A stretch of DNA of 64,000 nt from an uncultured Planctomycetales bacterium (lineage in GTDB: Bacteria; Omnitrophota; Gorgyraeia; Zapsychrales; Fredricksoniimonadaceae): the NCBI GenBank assembly GCA_964583975.1, contig CAZOXU010000001.1, positions 35,552-99,551 on the forward strand, in the 5' to 3' direction. The position numbers were made by a program, and so were the translations under genes. Under the pieces are notes generated by a model. That model had not been told where the DNA came from. It did not search any database and worked only from the letters and a program-made list of their open reading frames with translations. This document shows positions 61,812 through 64,000 of this stretch, piece after piece. Each line of letters opens with the position of its first letter. The stretch's first letter is position 1.

Positions 61812-63236
61812 TTAATAGGCCCCCTTACCCTTGATCACCACTGGCAATGTCTGAAATAAAATATAAAGATCCAAACCGAACGACCAATTATTAATATACC
61901 AAATATCCCATCTTAAAAAACGCTCGAACGACACATCACTACGCCCTCTGATTTGCCATAAACCTGTGATTCCTGGACGAATATTTAAACGTCGAAGCTG
62001 CCGCAGATCTTCTCTTTCAATCTGTTCAATGGGCAAAGGTCTTGGCCCCACAAGACTCATATCACCTATAAGCACATTAAAAATTTGGGGCAGCTCATCT
62101 AAACTATATCGACGAAGTATGGCCCCCACACGAGTGATACGCGGGTCTTTCTTCATCTTAAAAATAGGTCCATCAGCTTCATTTTTATCTTTGAGTTCAG
62201 GTAAAAGATCTTCGGCATTAACCACCATGCTGCGAAACTTATACATATTAAACATTCTCCCCCCCTTACCATAACGTCGGGAAGAATAAAAAATAGGACC
62301 AGGACTATCTAATTTAATCCAAATACCAATAAAAATAAAAATGGGTGATAAAACAAGTATGCTTAAGAAAATTAAACATAAATCAAATATTCGTTTAGCC
62401 TGTTGACGGAAACTAACTTCGATATGGGTATACTCTAGGATAGGAATAAGACCAATGTTATAACGATTAACATCTTTGGACATCCATTCAAACCCTTGAG
62501 GCACCACCTTGACAGCAATGCCCATTTGCTTAGCTTGTTCGAGAATTTTTAAAAGCATCTTGTCATCCGGATGGATTGTCACAAAAACTGTATTAATAAA
62601 AAGCCGTCGAGCTAAAAATACAAAATCATCAACCTTGCCTAAGATGTCTTGTTGATTACTTTTCACATCTTTAAAATCATCCAGAAATCCTACAATCTTA
62701 ATTCCCAAGCCGGGACGTCGTCGGATTTCATCTTCCAATAATCGGCCGATCTTACCAGCCCCAATAATGAGAGTGTTAAAATTATTGTATCCATGGGCCA
62801 CAATGTAATCAACCATACCCTTCTTAACGACACGCCAAAGCGACAAAAACACAACAAGTAAGACATCGCTGATAACCACAACGCTACGAGGAAAATCCTG
62901 GACTCTTAAAAGGTAGGTAAAAACAATGAAAATGAGAGTCGCACCAATGACAGACTTTACCACCTCCCAAACTTCGATCGTTTCTAACATTTCCCGACGG
63001 GTTTGGTATAGACCATGGGTTTGATTAAAAAATAAAATAACTGCCAACCAAAGGAAAAACACCAAGCGGTAAGGATTTTGAGGGCTAAAAAAGAAATTTT
63101 CTAAAGAAACCGGAAAGGCAAAAACAGCAGGCCTTAAAAGACATGCTAAATAAAAGGCCAAGGTAATAAATACCACATCAAATAAAATATAAATTAAACG
63201 AATAAGACTCGTTTGCCAGTAATCACGGTGCATCAT
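61812..63236 (-). CDS. Undecaprenyl-phosphate sugar phosphotransferase (WbaP/exopolysaccharide priming transferase family)
   Basis: N-terminal 4-5 TM, a central Rossmann-like domain, and the C-terminal bacterial sugar-transferase domain ([13 protein letters not shown]). Confidence 0.8.
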   Translation of the reverse strand: MMHRDYWQTSLIRLIYILFDVVFITLAFYLACLLRPAVFAFPVSLENFFFSPQNPYRLVFFLWLAVILFFNQTHGLYQTRREMLETIEVWEVVKSVIGATLIFIVFTYLLRVQDFPRSVVVISDVLLVVFLSLWRVVKKGMVDYIVAHGYNNFNTLIIGAGKIGRLLEDEIRRRPGLGIKIVGFLDDFKDVKSNQQDILGKVDDFVFLARRLFINTVFVTIHPDDKMLLKILEQAKQMGIAVKVVPQGFEWMSKDVNRYNIGLIPILEYTHIEVSFRQQAKRIFDLCLIFLSILVLSPIFIFIGIWIKLDSPGPIFYSSRRYGKGGRMFNMYKFRSMVVNAEDLLPELKDKNEADGPIFKMKKDPRITRVGAILRRYSLDELPQIFNVLIGDMSLVGPRPLPIEQIEREDLRQLRRLNIRPGITGLWQIRGRSDVSFERFLRWDIWYINNWSFGLDLYILFQTLPVVIKGKGAY

Positions 63237-63991
63237 CGACTTTTACCCTTAAATAACAGCTCTTTAGAAACATAAAAGACAAACAAACTATTTCCAATAA
63301 TATACCTTCGCCACAAACGTTTTGGCTCAGAACATAAGCGAAACAGCCAACCCAAAGCTATGTTTTGCATCCACTGAGGTGCTTCTGGTTTAGCTCCAGA
63401 TAAAAAATCAAATGCAGCACCTGAACCTACCATCACAGGAACATTTAATAAGGACCTATGGATATTCATCCAAAAATCCTGTTTGGGAGACCCTAACCCC
63501 ACCCACAATACATCTGCTTGAGCATCATTGATCAACTGCAAAATTTCTTTACTTTCCACCTCGGCCTGAGGACGAAAAGGTGGTGCATAAACGCCAGCTA
63601 TTTGAATTTTAGGATAGCTAGCCTTTAAACAATTTTGCAATTGTACCAATGTCTGCTCAGTCCCGCCATAAAAAAAATGTCGTAACCCTAAAGATTGGCC
63701 TTGGTTACACGCCAGTCGCATTAAATCTGGACCATAGGTACGTCCTATTTCCTGAGCTCCTCTCATTCGAGCAAACCAGACAACAGGAACACCATCTGGA
63801 GTTACCATACCTGCAGCATTGACAACCTGGCGATAATTAACATCTCGTTTGGCATCAACTAAGGTAGATGCAGGAGCCACACAAACGTAGGTCTTACATC
63901 TGTCTTTAACCCATTGACAGATCTGTTGATACGCAAGAGTGAGCGTCACACAACTGACTTCAACTTCTAGAAGAAGGATATTTTTAAACAT
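63233..63991 (-). CDS. WecB/TagA/CpsF-family glycosyltransferase
   Basis: Glyco_tran_WecB fold, 252 aa. It is translationally coupled to the priming transferase. Confidence 0.75.
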   Translation of the reverse strand: MFKNILLLEVEVSCVTLTLAYQQICQWVKDRCKTYVCVAPASTLVDAKRDVNYRQVVNAAGMVTPDGVPVVWFARMRGAQEIGRTYGPDLMRLACNQGQSLGLRHFFYGGTEQTLVQLQNCLKASYPKIQIAGVYAPPFRPQAEVESKEILQLINDAQADVLWVGLGSPKQDFWMNIHRSLLNVPVMVGSGAAFDFLSGAKPEAPQWMQNIALGWLFRLCSEPKRLWRRYIIGNSLFVFYVSKELLFKGKSR

Positions 63992-64000
63992 AATTTTTGA

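Overview
This is a 64-kb, gene-dense, AT-rich chromosomal segment of a diderm (TolC- and secretin-bearing) bacterium. I cannot assign the lineage from sequence alone. About 85% of the coding sequence is on the minus strand. The content is mostly housekeeping: lepA-lepB, a pgsA-plsY pair, and an aromatic amino-acid cluster (DAHP synthase with an N-terminal regulatory domain, tyrA, hisC-type aminotransferase, pheA, and a separate aroD). It also carries scpB-ruvA-ruvC-yebC, rnpB (RNase P RNA) overlapping the end of rnhA, tRNA-Val and tRNA-Met, glnK-amt, dnaG-rpoD, smc, fabV, glgC, an opp/dpp peptide ABC importer, secG-tpiA-pgk, and a GDP-fucose/WbaP/TagA glycan cluster. Accessory-looking content is as follows. 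(1) A MarR-TolC-HlyD-ABC efflux operon with a perfect palindromic operator. (2) A PEGA-domain protein plus a processive GT2 glycosyltransferase carrying the QxxRW motif. (3) A complete plus-strand T2SS/T4P-like operon (gspE-F-G-H-I-J-K-L-M-C-D) whose ATPase has an MshEN-type N-terminus. (4) A 1498-aa signal-peptide protein with an internal NagB/6-phosphogluconolactonase-fold domain, next to a tandem-PilZ c-di-GMP receptor. The most striking non-coding signal is a family of four ~70-bp double-hairpin repeats. Each is built from two copies of a YCCCGAAT...ATTCGGGR stem-loop around a central CTAG, bracketed by GTCAT/ATGAC, and each sits exactly in a short intercistronic gap of a minus-strand operon (cmk|lepA, ruvC|ruvA, amt|glnK, pgk|tpiA). 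Short GC-rich palindromes also encode the last few codons of several genes. I saw no transposase, integrase, CRISPR array or phage genes.
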